Assembly: GCF_028641065.1 (NCBI RefSeq) | Contig: NC_073381.1 | Span: 65,038,001 to 65,102,000, forward strand | Direction: 5' to 3' | From: Leucoraja erinacea | Lineage: Eukaryota | Length of the DNA stretch: 64,000 bases | Part shown: positions 37,648-49,705 of the stretch, one piece after another | Layout: each line of letters starts with the position of its first letter | Position numbering within the stretch: the first letter of the stretch is position 1 | Program-made: the position numbers and the translations under genes | The notes under the pieces: generated by a model | Databases searched by the model: none | What the model saw: the letters and a program-made list of their open reading frames with translations, nothing else | What the model was told of the DNA's origin: nothing

Positions 37648-40430
37648 CTAGTCCCATCTACCTGCACTCAGACCATAACCCTCCATTCCTTTCCCATCCA
37701 TATACCTATCCAATTTATTGTTAAATGATAAAATCGAACCTGCCTCCACCACTTCCACTGGAAGCTCATTCCACACAGCTACCATTCTCCGAGTAAAGAA
37801 GTTCCCCCTCATGTTACTCCTAAACTTCTGTCCCTTAATTCTGAAGTCATGTCCTCTTGTTTGAATCTTCCCTACTCTCAATGGGAAAAGCTTATCCACG
37901 TCAACTCTGTCTATCCCTCTCATCATTTTAAAAACCTCTATCAAGTCCCCCCGTAACCTTCTGCGCTCCAAAGAATAAAGACCTAACTTATTCAACCTTT
38001 CTCTGTAACCTACTTGCTGAAACCCAGGCAACATTCTAGTAAATCTCCTCTGTACTCTCTCTATTTTGTTGACATCCTTCCTATAATTGGGCGACCAAAA
38101 TTGTACACCATACTCCAGATTTGGTCTCACCACTGCCTTGTACAATTTTAACATTACATCCCAACTTCTATACTCAATGCTCTGATTTATAAAGGCTATC
38201 ACACCAAAAGCTTTCTTTACCACCCTATCTACATGAGATTCCACCTTCAGGGAACCATGCACAGTTATTCCTAGATCCCTCTGTTCAACTGCATTCCTCA
38301 ATTCACTACCATTTACCATGTACGTCCTATTTTGATTTGGCCTGCCAAGATGTAGCACCTCATACTTATCAGCATTAAACTCCATCTGCCATCTTTCAGC
38401 CCATTCTTCCAAATGGCCTAAATCTCTCTGTAGACTTTGGAAATCTAATTCATTATCCACAACACCACCTATCTTAGTATCATCTGTATACTTACTAATC
38501 CAATTTACCACACCATCATCCAGATCATTGATGTACATGACAAACAACAGTGGACCCAACACAGATCCCTGTGGCACCCCACTAGTCACCGGCCTCCAAC
38601 CTGACAAACAGCCATCCACCATTACTCTCTGGCAGCTCCCATTCAGTCACTGTTGAATCCATCTTGCTACTCCTGCATTAATACCCAACAATTGAACCTT
38701 CTTAACCAACCTTCCATGAGGAACCTTGTGAAAGGCCTTACTAAAGTCCATATAGACAACATCCACCGCTTTACCCTCATCAATGTCCCTAGTAACCTCT
38801 TCATAAAATTCAAGAAGATTAGTCAAACATGACCTTCCAGGCACAAATCCATGTTGACTGTTCCTAATCAGACCCTGTTTATCCAGATGCTTATATACAT
38901 TATCTCTAAGTATCCTTTCCATTAATTTGCCCACAACTGAAGTCAAACTAACGGGTCTATAATTGCTAGGTTTACTCTTAGAACCCTCTTTAAACAATGG
39001 AACAACATGCGCAGTACGCCAATCCTCCGGCACTATTCCCATTTCTAATGACATTTGAAATATTTCTGTCATAGCCCCTGCTATTTCTACATTAACTTCC
39101 CTCAATGTCCTAGGGAATATCCTCTCAGAACCTGGAGACTTATCCACTTTTATATTTTTCAAGTGTCAGTACTTTTTTTTCTTTGATTCTCATAGTTTCC
39201 ATAGCTACTCTACTCGTTTCCCTTACCTCACATAATTCAATATCCTTCTCCTTGGTGAATACCGAAGAAAATACATTTTTCAATATCTCCCCCATCTCTT
39301 TTGGCTCTGCAGATAGCTGTCCACTCTGTCTCTCCAATGGACCAATTTTATCCCCCGTTATCCTTTTGCTATTAATATAGCTGTAGAAACCCTTTGGATT
39401 TACTTTCACCTTACTTGCCAAAGCAACCGCATATCTTCTTTTAGCTTTTCTAATTTCTTTCTTAAGATTCTTTTTACATTCTTTATACTCAAGCACCTCA
39501 TTTATTCCATGCTGCCTATAATTATTGTAGATCTCTCTCTTTTTCTGAACCGTGTCCAATTTCCCTTGAAAACCATGGCTCTTTCCAATTTTTACTATTT
39601 CCTTTCAACCGAACAGGGACATAAAGATTCTGTACTCTTAAAATTTCCCCTTTAAATGTCCTCCATTTCTCTTCTACATCCTTCCCATAAAACAAATTGT
39701 CCCAATTCACTCCTTTTAAATCCTTTCGCATCTCATCAAAGTTAGCCTTTCTCCAATCAAAAATCTCAACCCTAGGTCCAGTTCTGACCCTCTCCATAAT
39801 TATATTGAAACTAATGGTATTGTGATCACTGGATCCGAAGTGCTCCCCAACGCATACCTCCGCCACCTGACCCGTCTCATTTCCTAACAGTAGGTCTAGC
39901 ACTGCCCCTTCTGTAGTAGGTATCTCTATGTATTGCTGCAAAAAACTATCCTGCACACTTTTTACAAACTCCAAGCCCATTTACAGAATGTGTTTCCCAG
40001 AAATTTTCCACAATCACTACCTTGTGCTTACTACTAATATCTGCTATCTCCTTACATATTTGCTCTTCCAATTCTCGCTCCCCATTTGGCGGTCTATAAT
40101 ACACCCCTATAAGTGTTGCTACACCTTTCCCACTTCTCAGTTCCACCCAAATAGCCTCCCTAGACAAGCCCTCTAATCTATCCTACCAAAGCATTGCTGT
40201 AATATCTTCCCTGACAAGCAATGCAACACCTCCACCTCTTGCCCCTCCAATTCTATCACACCTGAAGCAACGAAATCCTGGAATATTTAGTTTCCAATCA
40301 CAGCCCTCCTGCAACCATGTTTCACTGATCGCCACAACATCATACTTCCAGGTGTCAATCCAGGCTTTAAGCTCATCCACCTTTCTTACAATGCTCCTAG
40401 CATTAAAATATACACATTTAAGAAACCCAC
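37648..40430 (-). pseudogene. CR1 ORF2: APE endonuclease plus reverse transcriptase
   Basis: YFNARSI, ISETWL, GGGVALL, YYRPP, LDLLL, SDHN; [33 protein letters not shown]. Confidence 0.92.
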
Positions 40431-40565
40431 CGCCTCTTATTTTCTGTTTATTTTCTTTTTCTTCTTTCTCCCCTAGATTTTGGGTCAGAGTGCTTCCCTT
40501 CTCTGCCTCCTGCCTCACATTCTGTCTACTAGCTTTCTCTATTTGTGTCCCTCCCCCCAACCATT

Positions 40566-41494
40566 CTAGTTTAAAGTCTCCCCAGTAGCCTTTGCAAAAA
40601 TCCCCGCCAGGATATTTGTCCCCCTCGGGTTCAAGTGCAACCCATCCTTTCTGTACAGGTCACACCTTCCCCAAAAGAATTCCCAATGATCCAGAAACTT
40701 GTATCCCTGCCCACTGCACCAGTCTTTCAGCCACGCATTTATCCTCCACCTCGCTCCATTCCTACTCTCACTGTCGCGTGGTACAGGCAGTAATCCTGAG
40801 ATTGTTACTTTTTTGGTCCTTTTCCTTAACTCTCCTCCCAACTCCCTAAATTCTCCCTTCAGGACCTCTTCTCTTTTTTTAACCTATGTGATTGGAACCT
40901 ATATGTACCACGACCTCAGGCTCCTCTCCCTCTGATTTCAGGATATCTTGGACGCGTTGAGACACGTCCGAGACCTTGGCACCAGGGAGGCAAACTACCA
41001 TCCTGGTCTCCTGACTGCGTCCACAGAATCGCCTATCCGACCCCCTAACTATAGAGTCCCCAATTACTATTGCCCTCTTCTTCTTTTCCCTACCTTTCTG
41101 AGCAACAGGGCCGGTCTCTGTGCCGGAGGCCCGGCCGCTGTCGCTACCCCCAGGCAGGCTGTCCCCCCCAACCGTACTCAAACAGGAGTACTTATTTTCC
41201 AGGTGTACAGACACTGGGGTACTCACTAGTCCCTGCCTCTTGCCCTTCCTAACCGTGACCCACTTGTCCGTCTCCAGTGGTTTTGGAGTGACCACCTCTC
41301 TATAACTCCTCTCTATGACCTCCTCACTCTCCCTGACCAGACAGAGGTCATCGAGCTGCTGCTCCAGGTTCCTAACGGTTGCTTAGGAGCCCCATCTCGA
41401 CGCACCTGGCGCAGATGTGGACGTCGGGAAGGCTATCCGACTCCATGACCTCCCACATCTGACACCCAGAGCAGTAAACTGCCCTGGGCCTCAT
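40566..41494 (-). pseudogene. CR1 ORF1: zinc finger/coiled coil plus SGNH esterase domain
   Basis: MRPRAVYCSGCQMWE…CARC; AIVIGDSIVRG, VCLPGA, VVHIGSN, DGLHLN. Confidence 0.88.
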
Positions 41495-42489
41495 GCTCCT
41501 GCCTTACCCTGGATACAACACGTACAATACAATACAATCAGCAGGGATCTGACTCACAATCAGCTGCTCCCTCTTGTCCTTTAAACTGTACCTTCACTAA
41601 AACAAAAGCACTGTAGCACTGTACCTTTAACCAGAAAGCAGAAATGCTAACCTGAGGTTGCACCCAATCAGCTGCTTCCTCTAGTCTGCTTCCACCAATC
41701 AGCGGCTTCCACCAGAACCCTTCCTATGAAGTGTGGAACGTTACAGATTTCGGTAAAAGCCCCGCGTTCAATTTAAACACTCACCGCCCGGAAACTCCTC
41801 CTCTTGCTCCAACGTCTCCCGGGCCTCTACCATAGGAAACAGGCACTGGCTATCTATCCCGCTCATAATTTTATATACCTCTATCATGTGAACTTTCAGC
41901 CTCCTTCACTCCATGGAAAACAGGCCCAGCCTAACATTTCTCTCCTTACAACTCATACCGTCCAATTCAGGCAATACCTTACGAATCTTTACTGCAATTT
42001 TGCTAGCTTAAATCACATTGTCCCTTTAGCATGGTGACCAAAACTATACACAATACTCCTGGTGTAGTATAAACAAAGTTTTGTGCAACTATAACATGAC
42101 ATCCCAACTCTCATACTCAATTTCATGGCCAATGAAGGCAAGCATGAATGGGAATCATGTTTGTCTGATCTGTTGGAATTCATTTCAGGATCCATCTAAA
42201 AGTGTAGATGAGCCAGGGGAATGGATGCATTTAGAATATCAGAAGCTTTTGATTAGATCGCACAGTGAAGTTGGAGACTAGATTAGAAGTCAGTTAATAG
42301 TTAGACAGAAAAACAAAATAGTAGGAATAAACAGTTCTTCAAATTGGCAGGCTGTGATACAAGGATGGAAAATGTATCAATATTTGGGCAGCAATCATCC
42401 TGAATCAATATCAATGGTTTAGCTAATGGAACTAACGGTAATATTTTCAATGTTTCTGATGACACAAAACCAAGTGGAACAGTGTGGTG

Positions 42490-43246
42490 TGGTGGCGCCT
42501 AATGGCAGCGGCTTGACTGCAATCCGTTTGTCTCTTTTTTATTTTTGTCTCGTTAAATGTATGTTTTGACTCTGGTTTTTATTATTATTTTAGCTATGTA
42601 TATGTGGGGGGGGGAGGGGGGGGGGTGGGGTAAACCTTTTAATCTCTTCCCTGTACGGGGGACCCGACTTTTTCCCTGTCGAGTCTCCGATGTCGTTGGG
42701 CCTAACATTGAGGAGCCGGCAGCAGCCTCCGGCCAGAACCAACCTGAGGGCTCCAGTCGCAGAGCCTGCGGACCTGCCATCGCGGAGCTGGCTGTCTTTG
42801 GAGCGGGAAGAGCTGTGGTGGCGCGCGGCTGCGACCCAACTTCAGAGCTTTGGAGGCTCCGGCCGCAGGCCCAGTGGACAGGTACATCGGGATCTCGCAG
42901 GTCCCTGGTGGGAGACCGCTTTTCAGAGCTGCCGCAACGGCAACTTCTCCCGCCAGAATCGCGGGGTTTAAAGGACTCAGAGCGGGGACTAACATCGCCC
43001 ACAAGGGGCTTTAACATCAGAAGCTCCAGTTGCCTCGACGCTGCAGTTGGACTGCTGGACCGCGGGAGAAGAATAAAGGGAAGAGATAAGACTTTTGCCT
43101 TCCATCAAGGTAAGGAGATTCACTGTGGTGGATGTTTGTGTAAACTGTGGGTCTTGGTTTTTTTTGTAATGTTAAGACTGTAGAAAATGCAATTCCATTC
43201 AAACCAAGCTGTTTGAATGACAATAAAAGGCATTCTATTCTGTTCT
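42490..43246 (+). mobile_element. GC-rich non-coding retroposon, copy B, inserted in an old + strand CR1 remnant
   Basis: Shares modules with copy A. Tail AATGACAATAAA…ATTCTATTCT. Confidence 0.65.
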
Positions 43247-43388
43247 AGTGATGAGTGTGGAAAGAGGATTCAAGGGGATATGGAGAAAATAAGTGAATGG
43301 AGGAGGGAGATTATCCACTTCAGTCCAATAAATAAAGATACTACTTTTTTTTTTTTTTTTTTATAAAAGGCAAGAGATTGGGAAACTA

Positions 43389-44166
43389 CATTCAGAAAGT
43401 ATTCAGACCCCTTCACTTTTTCCACATTTTTTTACATTACAGCCTTATTTTAAAATGAATTAATTTATTTTTAAATCATCAATCAACACACATTACCCCA
43501 GAATGAAGAAGCAAAAACAGATGTTTACATTTTTTTACAAAGTAATTAAAAATAAATAACTGAAATATCATATTTACATAAGTATTCAGACCTTTGCTAT
43601 GACACTCAAAACTGAGCTTAGGTTTCATCCTGTTTCCATTGATTATCCTTGAGATGTTTCTACAACTTGGAGTCAACCAGTTGTAAATTAAATTGATTGG
43701 ACATGATTTGGAAAGGCATACACCTGTTTAAATAAGGTCCCACAGTTGACAGTGCATGTCAGAGCAAAAACCAAACCATGAAGACGAAGGAATTGTCCGT
43801 AGACCTCCGAGACAGGATTGTGTCGAGACGCAGATCTGGGCAAGAATGGGGGAAATTATCCAAATGCAGGTGTGCCAAGCTTGTAGCGTCATCCCCAAGA
43901 AGACTTGTGGCTGTAATCACTGCCAAAGGTGCCTCAATAAAGTACTGAGTAAAGGGTCTGAATACTTATGTAAATGTGATATTTCAGTTATTTCTTTTTA
44001 ATTACTTTCCAAAAATTTCTAAACACCTGTTTTTGCTTTTTTATTATGGGGTATTGTGTGTAGATTGATGATAAAAAAAAATGAAATTAATCCATTTTAG
44101 AATAAGGTTGTAACATAACAAAATGCGGAAAAAGCGAAGTAGTCTGAATACTTTCTGAATGCACTG
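43389..44166 (+). mobile_element. Internally deleted Tc1-like (IR/DR type) transposon
   Basis: About 210-bp imperfect TIRs with outer and inner AAGTATTCAGAC repeats; right end …GAATGCACTG. Transposase start MKTKELSVDLRDRIVSR is joined directly to the C-terminus CAKLVAS…AVITAKGAS. Confidence 0.88.
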
Positions 44167-44339
44167 ACTACTCAAGTCACTGAAAGCAAACATGCAGATG
44201 TAGAAAGCAATTAGGAAAGCATATCATGCTTTTATTGCTGGGATTAAAGTACAAAAACAAAGACATCTTACTATAAATTATACAAGGCCATGGTGTGACC
44301 ACCAAAATATTTTGTGCAATTTTAGTTTCCTGGGTATCC

Positions 44340-45555
44340 TGCTACTACCAATTCCAAGCAGTGTCACAATCATTCCATTGTCTAATCCTCATTACTTACA
44401 GTTAGTTCGCAGTATCCCCATGAGAAACTCGTCAATTTTCCCCAGTCTCAGGCCATCATGGTCGGAGTTACTCAGGATGCTGTCTTAACCCCAACAACCT
44501 CAGTTACTTCATCAGTTAACTTACTTCTATGGAAAGATGGATATATTTATGGATGCTATTCATTTCCCTTTGCTGCGACTCAGACACTGAAACAGTCCTT
44601 GACTGCCTGCAGTAACATCCATTAATAAGTGGCAATCTTATCTAATCTGATAAGTGACAAGTAAAATTGACACCATGAAAGCACCAATGAGAGAGTCCAA
44701 CCGCCTCCTTTTGGCATTCAATTACATTACGTTCACGAACATTAGTTCATAAGTCATTGCAGTAGAATGAGGCCATTGGGCACATCTAGTCTATTCCACC
44801 ATTTACTCACGGCTGATCGATCTTTCCCTCTCTACCCCATTCTCCTGCCTTCCCCCCCCACAACAGTTGACACCCATACTAATCAAGAACCAGTCAATTT
44901 CCACTTTAAAAAAATACCCAATGTCTTGGCCTCCACAGCTGTCTGTGACATCCATGTCCTGAGAGTCTCCCTCAACTGGACCAGCTACATAAATGCAGTG
45001 GCCACAAGAACATGTCAAACACAGGTATCCTGCAGTGAATTACTCACTTCCCCTCACCCCAAAATCTTTTCAGCTGTTTGAAAATAACACCAGGAATAAA
45101 ATTGAATTCTCGCAACTTGATGAGCTCAGCTCAGTCGCACACAAGAGCCCCAATACGAACCAACCCACCTGTATGGCAACCCATCTACCATCCTAAACAT
45201 TAAGTCTCTCTATCATAAGTGCTTGGTTGCAGCACCTGCCATATACAAAATACAACTGACAGCAGTTCTCAAACTCACAAACTTTACCAGCAAGAAAGAC
45301 ACAAGCAGTAGGTGTATGAGATCATCATAATATGCAGCTCTCCCCTCCATAATACACACAATCCTGGACTTGGAAATAAATTATCATTACATCTATATGT
45401 CATCACGACATTTCAAACCTGGAATTGCCTACTAGACAGCCGTGGAAGTACGTTTATAAGAAGGACTGCAATGGTTCAAGATGTGTCACCATCACTTTCT
45501 TCAGCAGAATGAGGATGGGCATTAAATGCTGACCTTATCTGTAATGCCCATTTCC
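44340..45555 (+). mobile_element. Highly decayed ancient non-LTR retrotransposon remnant (with a CR1 tail piece at about 44745-44945); related tail at 18590-18840
   Basis: Degenerate RT-like nucleotide motifs and a shared 3' end (GGACTGCAATGGTTCAAG…GGGCATTAAATGCTG). Confidence 0.4.
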
Positions 45556-46416
45556 AAGAAACAGATTTAGAAATAAATCAACACAGGTTAAATATCTACT
45601 TACCATTTAAAACACACAGAATTGTTATGGAACATTAGCATAGCCAAAAAAAAAACCCACACGCATCAGAAAATGAATGCAGTATCATGACTCTTCCTAC
45701 AACCCTGTGGATGTGTAACTGAGTATATTCCTTACTCAGCAGCTCCAACACGACATGATTATTGTATTCAAGGGTCCAGACTGATTTATAGGCCTCTTCA
45801 GCCAACTCCTGCAACTCATAAAGTAGTTAATCACATGACACCGTTTAATTAGGTAGCAGCCTTAAAGACATGGTTACCTTTTTTTAGCCAATAATAAATA
45901 TATTTCCCTTTACACTCCAATGTTGTGTGAAACAGCCGTGGTCAATCCCATGTGCATTGTAATTCTCACATTTTCTCTTTGTATTGCAACTCTGTGATGC
46001 AATTTAGTGCAGCAGAAATAGAGGGGATTTGGTCTAAAAGCTGAGATTCTCGTGGCAATTATGCTTCGCGTTTTGGAGTTTAATCCCTCTGAACAGGTCA
46101 TAGAGATGCGGAGTTTTGGATATCCTGGCTTTCTACAGGGCTGGTTCCTTGGTAGATGTTAGCTGGCTAATGGCTGAAGAAGCAACTTTAGTTCCCTGCC
46201 TTTTCCCAATTTGTTCCACTTTCCCAGTTAATAAAAGGAAGGCGACTTTTGAATACGTTGGCTGCTGTGGGCAGTGAGGCAGAACATTTGTTAATAGTTA
46301 CAATGTCTTGGGATAAAGATAAAGTAGCATGTCAATGGCTGCATATAGATGGGGATGTGAGTAAGTGGGTAGTCAGCGTGCATTTACGGATTAAATTGGT
46401 ATGAGGAGTGATGTGA

Positions 46417-46882
46417 CAATAGACAATAGGTGCAGGAGTAGGCCATTTGGCCCTTCGAGCCAGCACCGCCATTCAATGTGATCATGGCTGATCATCCCCA
46501 ATCAGTACCCTGTTCCTGCCTTCTCCCCATATCCCCTGACTCCACTATTTTTGAAAACCTTATGAAAGTATCTTTGAAAGCATCCAGAGAACCTGCCTCC
46601 ACCATCGTCTGAGGCAGAGAATTCCACAGACTCACCACTCTCTGTGAGAAAAAGTGTTTCCTCGTCTCCGTTCTAAATGGCTTACTCCTTATTCTTTAAC
46701 TGTGGCCCCTGGTTCTGGACTCCCCAACATCGGGAACATGTTTCCTGCCTCTAGCGTGTCCAATCCCTTAACAATCTTATATGTTTCAATGAGATACCCT
46801 CTCATCCTTCTAAACTCCAGAGTGTATCAAGCCCAGCCGCTCCATTCTCTCAGCATATGACAGTCCCGCCATCCTGGGAATT
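46417..46882 (-). mobile_element. CR1 3' fragment with (ATTGTCT)n tail
   Basis: CR1 3' UTR; close match to 49840-50090. Confidence 0.85.
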
Positions 46883-47069
46883 GTTGATGAATTTTGCAGC
46901 CATGTACCCATTTATGCTTATGGTGGCTACAATCTTCTTACCTCATCAGCAGGGAACATGAACTGTCCGCACATCCTTAAGATCACCAGCATTTCATCCA
47001 TTGAGGCCTTTACCAATCTATATTAGCCTTGGCACATCTACTGTCCAGTTCCCTCTCCTCTTTTGTGCA

Positions 47070-47285
47070 GGAAGGAACTGCAGATGCTGGTTTACACTGA
47101 AGATAGGCACAAAAAGCTGGAGTAACTCAGCGGGACAGGCAGCATCTCTCGATAGAAGGAATGGGTGACGTTTCGTGTCGTGACCCTTCTTCAGACTGAT
47201 GAAGGGTCTTGCCCCGAAATGTCACCCATTCATTCTATCCCCAGATGCTGCCTGTCCTGCTGAGTTACCCCAGCAATTTGTGTCT
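47070..47285. mobile_element. Palindromic Penelope-derived element with two divergently oriented hammerhead motifs
   Basis: Arms about 47108-47193 and 47195-47284 are imperfect reverse complements. Each contains CTGANGA-stem-GAAA-GTC. Confidence 0.75.
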
Positions 47286-48690
47286 CTCTCTTTAGCAGAG
47301 TAGGCAACCCCAGAATTTGGATGTCGTATCTTTGTGTCCTGAGCAAAACCTGACATGGCACATCATCGTCAGGTCTGGATTAATCAAGAACTAATATGTT
47401 AAGCTGGAACTAGCTGTGTCAAAGCTGCTCATAAAAAAGCATTGCTGAGAAAACCGATCTCTTACCTGCTGGGAGCATCTCCATTCCCAGCACGTCAGGA
47501 AGTGAAAATACTCCATTAATTCTGGTGAAAATATCACCTCCATATTGCAACACTACTTAATATAATTATTGTTTTAATTAGCTGATGTAGAAAGCTTTTT
47601 TGAGATGAGTTAAAAGAAATCTGATAGAATCTATTGAAAAATATACCTTCAAGCTGGTTGAATCAATACAGCTACTGCATCCTGAGAAATAAAATATGTT
47701 ACAAAACATTAAACTACACAAACTATATGCAGTTCATAGAATGAAAGCTTTGCTCAAAACATTTCATGCCCAGAGAAAGAGATTAAAACTTTAGGAAGGC
47801 ATTAAAAAGTCACAAAAGACTTAGTGCACAATACAGCATTATATCAATGAGTTTTCCTTGTAAAAAGGGGCTTTCATTGAAATATATACCAGAGTAGTTA
47901 TCGATAAAGTCACATCATCCAATGAGTTGAAGTTTAGATGGGTTACATGACACACAACAACCTTTTGTACAAAAAAGATATTGATTGTATTGATTTTCAA
48001 TTGAACAATGTTGTTACTTTCAGTTTTATACAATTGAAAATGATTCATTTTCTGGTGTGAAATTCAATAACTGTCGCGGCAATTTCTAGACTTTTCAATG
48101 TCCAACTTTTAATTACCGTTACGACTCGGGGATGTGGTGGAGATATAGTTTACGCACTCGCCGCACTCGCAGATAGCAAAGACAAATCTGGCGGTTTTTT
48201 TATTGATTCAATGGTATACCTCCGATCGAAAAGACAGACAGGTGGGCAGAGGAGGTGGGGTAGCTCTGTTGGTGAGGAATAAAATTCAGTCCCTTGCATG
48301 GGGTGACATTGAAACAGGAGATGTGGAGTCAGTATGGATAGATTTAAGGAATTGTGAGGGTAAAAATACCCTAATGGGACATCTACAGGCCCCCAAACAG
48401 TAGCCAGGATATAGGGTGCAAGTTGAAACCGGAGTTAAAGTTGGCATGCAGTAAAGGTAATGCTACATTTGTTATGGGAGATTTCAACATGCAGGTAGAC
48501 TGGGAAAATCAGGTTGGCACTATACCCCAAGAAAGGGAGTTTGTAGAGTGCCTCCGTGATGGATTCTTAGAGCAGCTTGTATTGGAGCCTACCAGGGAGA
48601 AGGCAATTCTGGATTTAGTGTTATATAATGAACCAGATTTGATACAGGAACTTGAGGTTAAGGAGCCATTAGGAGGTAGTGACCATAATA

Positions 48691-49180
48691 GGCGGCGCTG
48701 GATTTAAAACACCGCGGAGCCTGGGATCCGAGATCGCCAGACTCGGAGCTCCGACTTGCGCGGCCTGAGGACCTCGGGAGCCGCAGTCTCCGGGGAGGGA
48801 GCGGCCGCTCCAGACATTCCAAGCCTCTGAGGAGTGTTCACCCGACGCCGGAGTTCCATCTTCCCAGCAAGAGGGCCTATAACATCGGGCCGCCTTTGTG
48901 GCGACTGGCTGCGGAGGCCTCAAACAGGTCCCGACCTCAGGTGGACTAGGAGGAGGAGGTGGACTGGACTTTTTGGTGCCTTCCCTCACAGTGGAAAGTG
49001 GTGATTCTGCTGTTGGGGGGACGTTCATGTTGAATCCTATAGTGTATTGTGTCTTTTTTTCTTTTTTCTTTTTTATATGGATGTATGGTAATCTAATTTT
49101 TTTCTCTGTAAAGCACTTTTGCTTCAATGTGATTTGATTTAAAAGTGCTATATAAATGAAAATTACTTACTTACTTACTT
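48691..49180 (+). mobile_element. GC-rich retroposon, copy C (5'-truncated), with L2-like tail and (TTAC)n
   Basis: Body similar to copy D. Tail TGTAAAGCACTTT…AAAAGTGCTATATAAAT. Confidence 0.65.
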
Positions 49181-49469
49181 ACAAACAATCTTCCTGATAT
49201 ACTAGTGGCCAGAGGATCTGGGATGATGGAGGAACTGAACGAAATCCACATTAGGCAGGAAATGGTGTTGGGTAGACTGATGGGACTGAAGGCTGATAAA
49301 TCCCCAGGGCCTGATGGACTGTACACCAGGGTACTTAAGGAAGTGGCTCTAGAAATTGTGGACGTATTGGTGATCATTTTCCAATGTTCTCTAGATTCAG
49401 TTCCTGTGGATTGGAGGGTAGCTAATGTTATCCCACTTTTAAAGAAAGGCGGGAGAGAGAAAACAGAGA

Positions 49470-49705
49470 TTTAAGATTCAAGATTCAAGATTCAAGCGAG
49501 TTTATTGTCATGTGTCCCAGATAGGAGAATAAAATTCTTGCTTTGCTTCAGCACAACAGAATATAGAAGGCATAAATACAGAACAGATCTGTGTGTCCAT
49601 ATATCATTGTATAAATATATACACACATCAATAAATAAAACAAACAAGGTGCAAATAAACAGATAATGGGCTATTAATGTTCAGAATTTTGTTTGAATTG
49701 GAGAT
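49470..49705 (-). mobile_element. Rex/Babar-like 3' tail with (TCTTGAA)n nested in CR1
   Basis: AAGATTC repeats followed by TTTATTGTCA. Confidence 0.6.

Larger units (their letters stand above)
37574..41827 (-). mobile_element. Essentially full-length CR1 LINE (about 4.25 kb), inactivated by frameshifts and stops, inserted in an older CR1 remnant (37290-37570 and 41830-42145)
   Basis: 5' UTR, ORF1, ORF2 and (TTATATGG)n tail are present. TACCATA flanks both ends (37567-37573 and 41828-41834). Confidence 0.93.

Noticed and set aside
42553-43183. Overlapping 154-208 aa ORFs
   Set aside because: Lie within GC-rich retroposon copy B and are open on both strands because of base composition.
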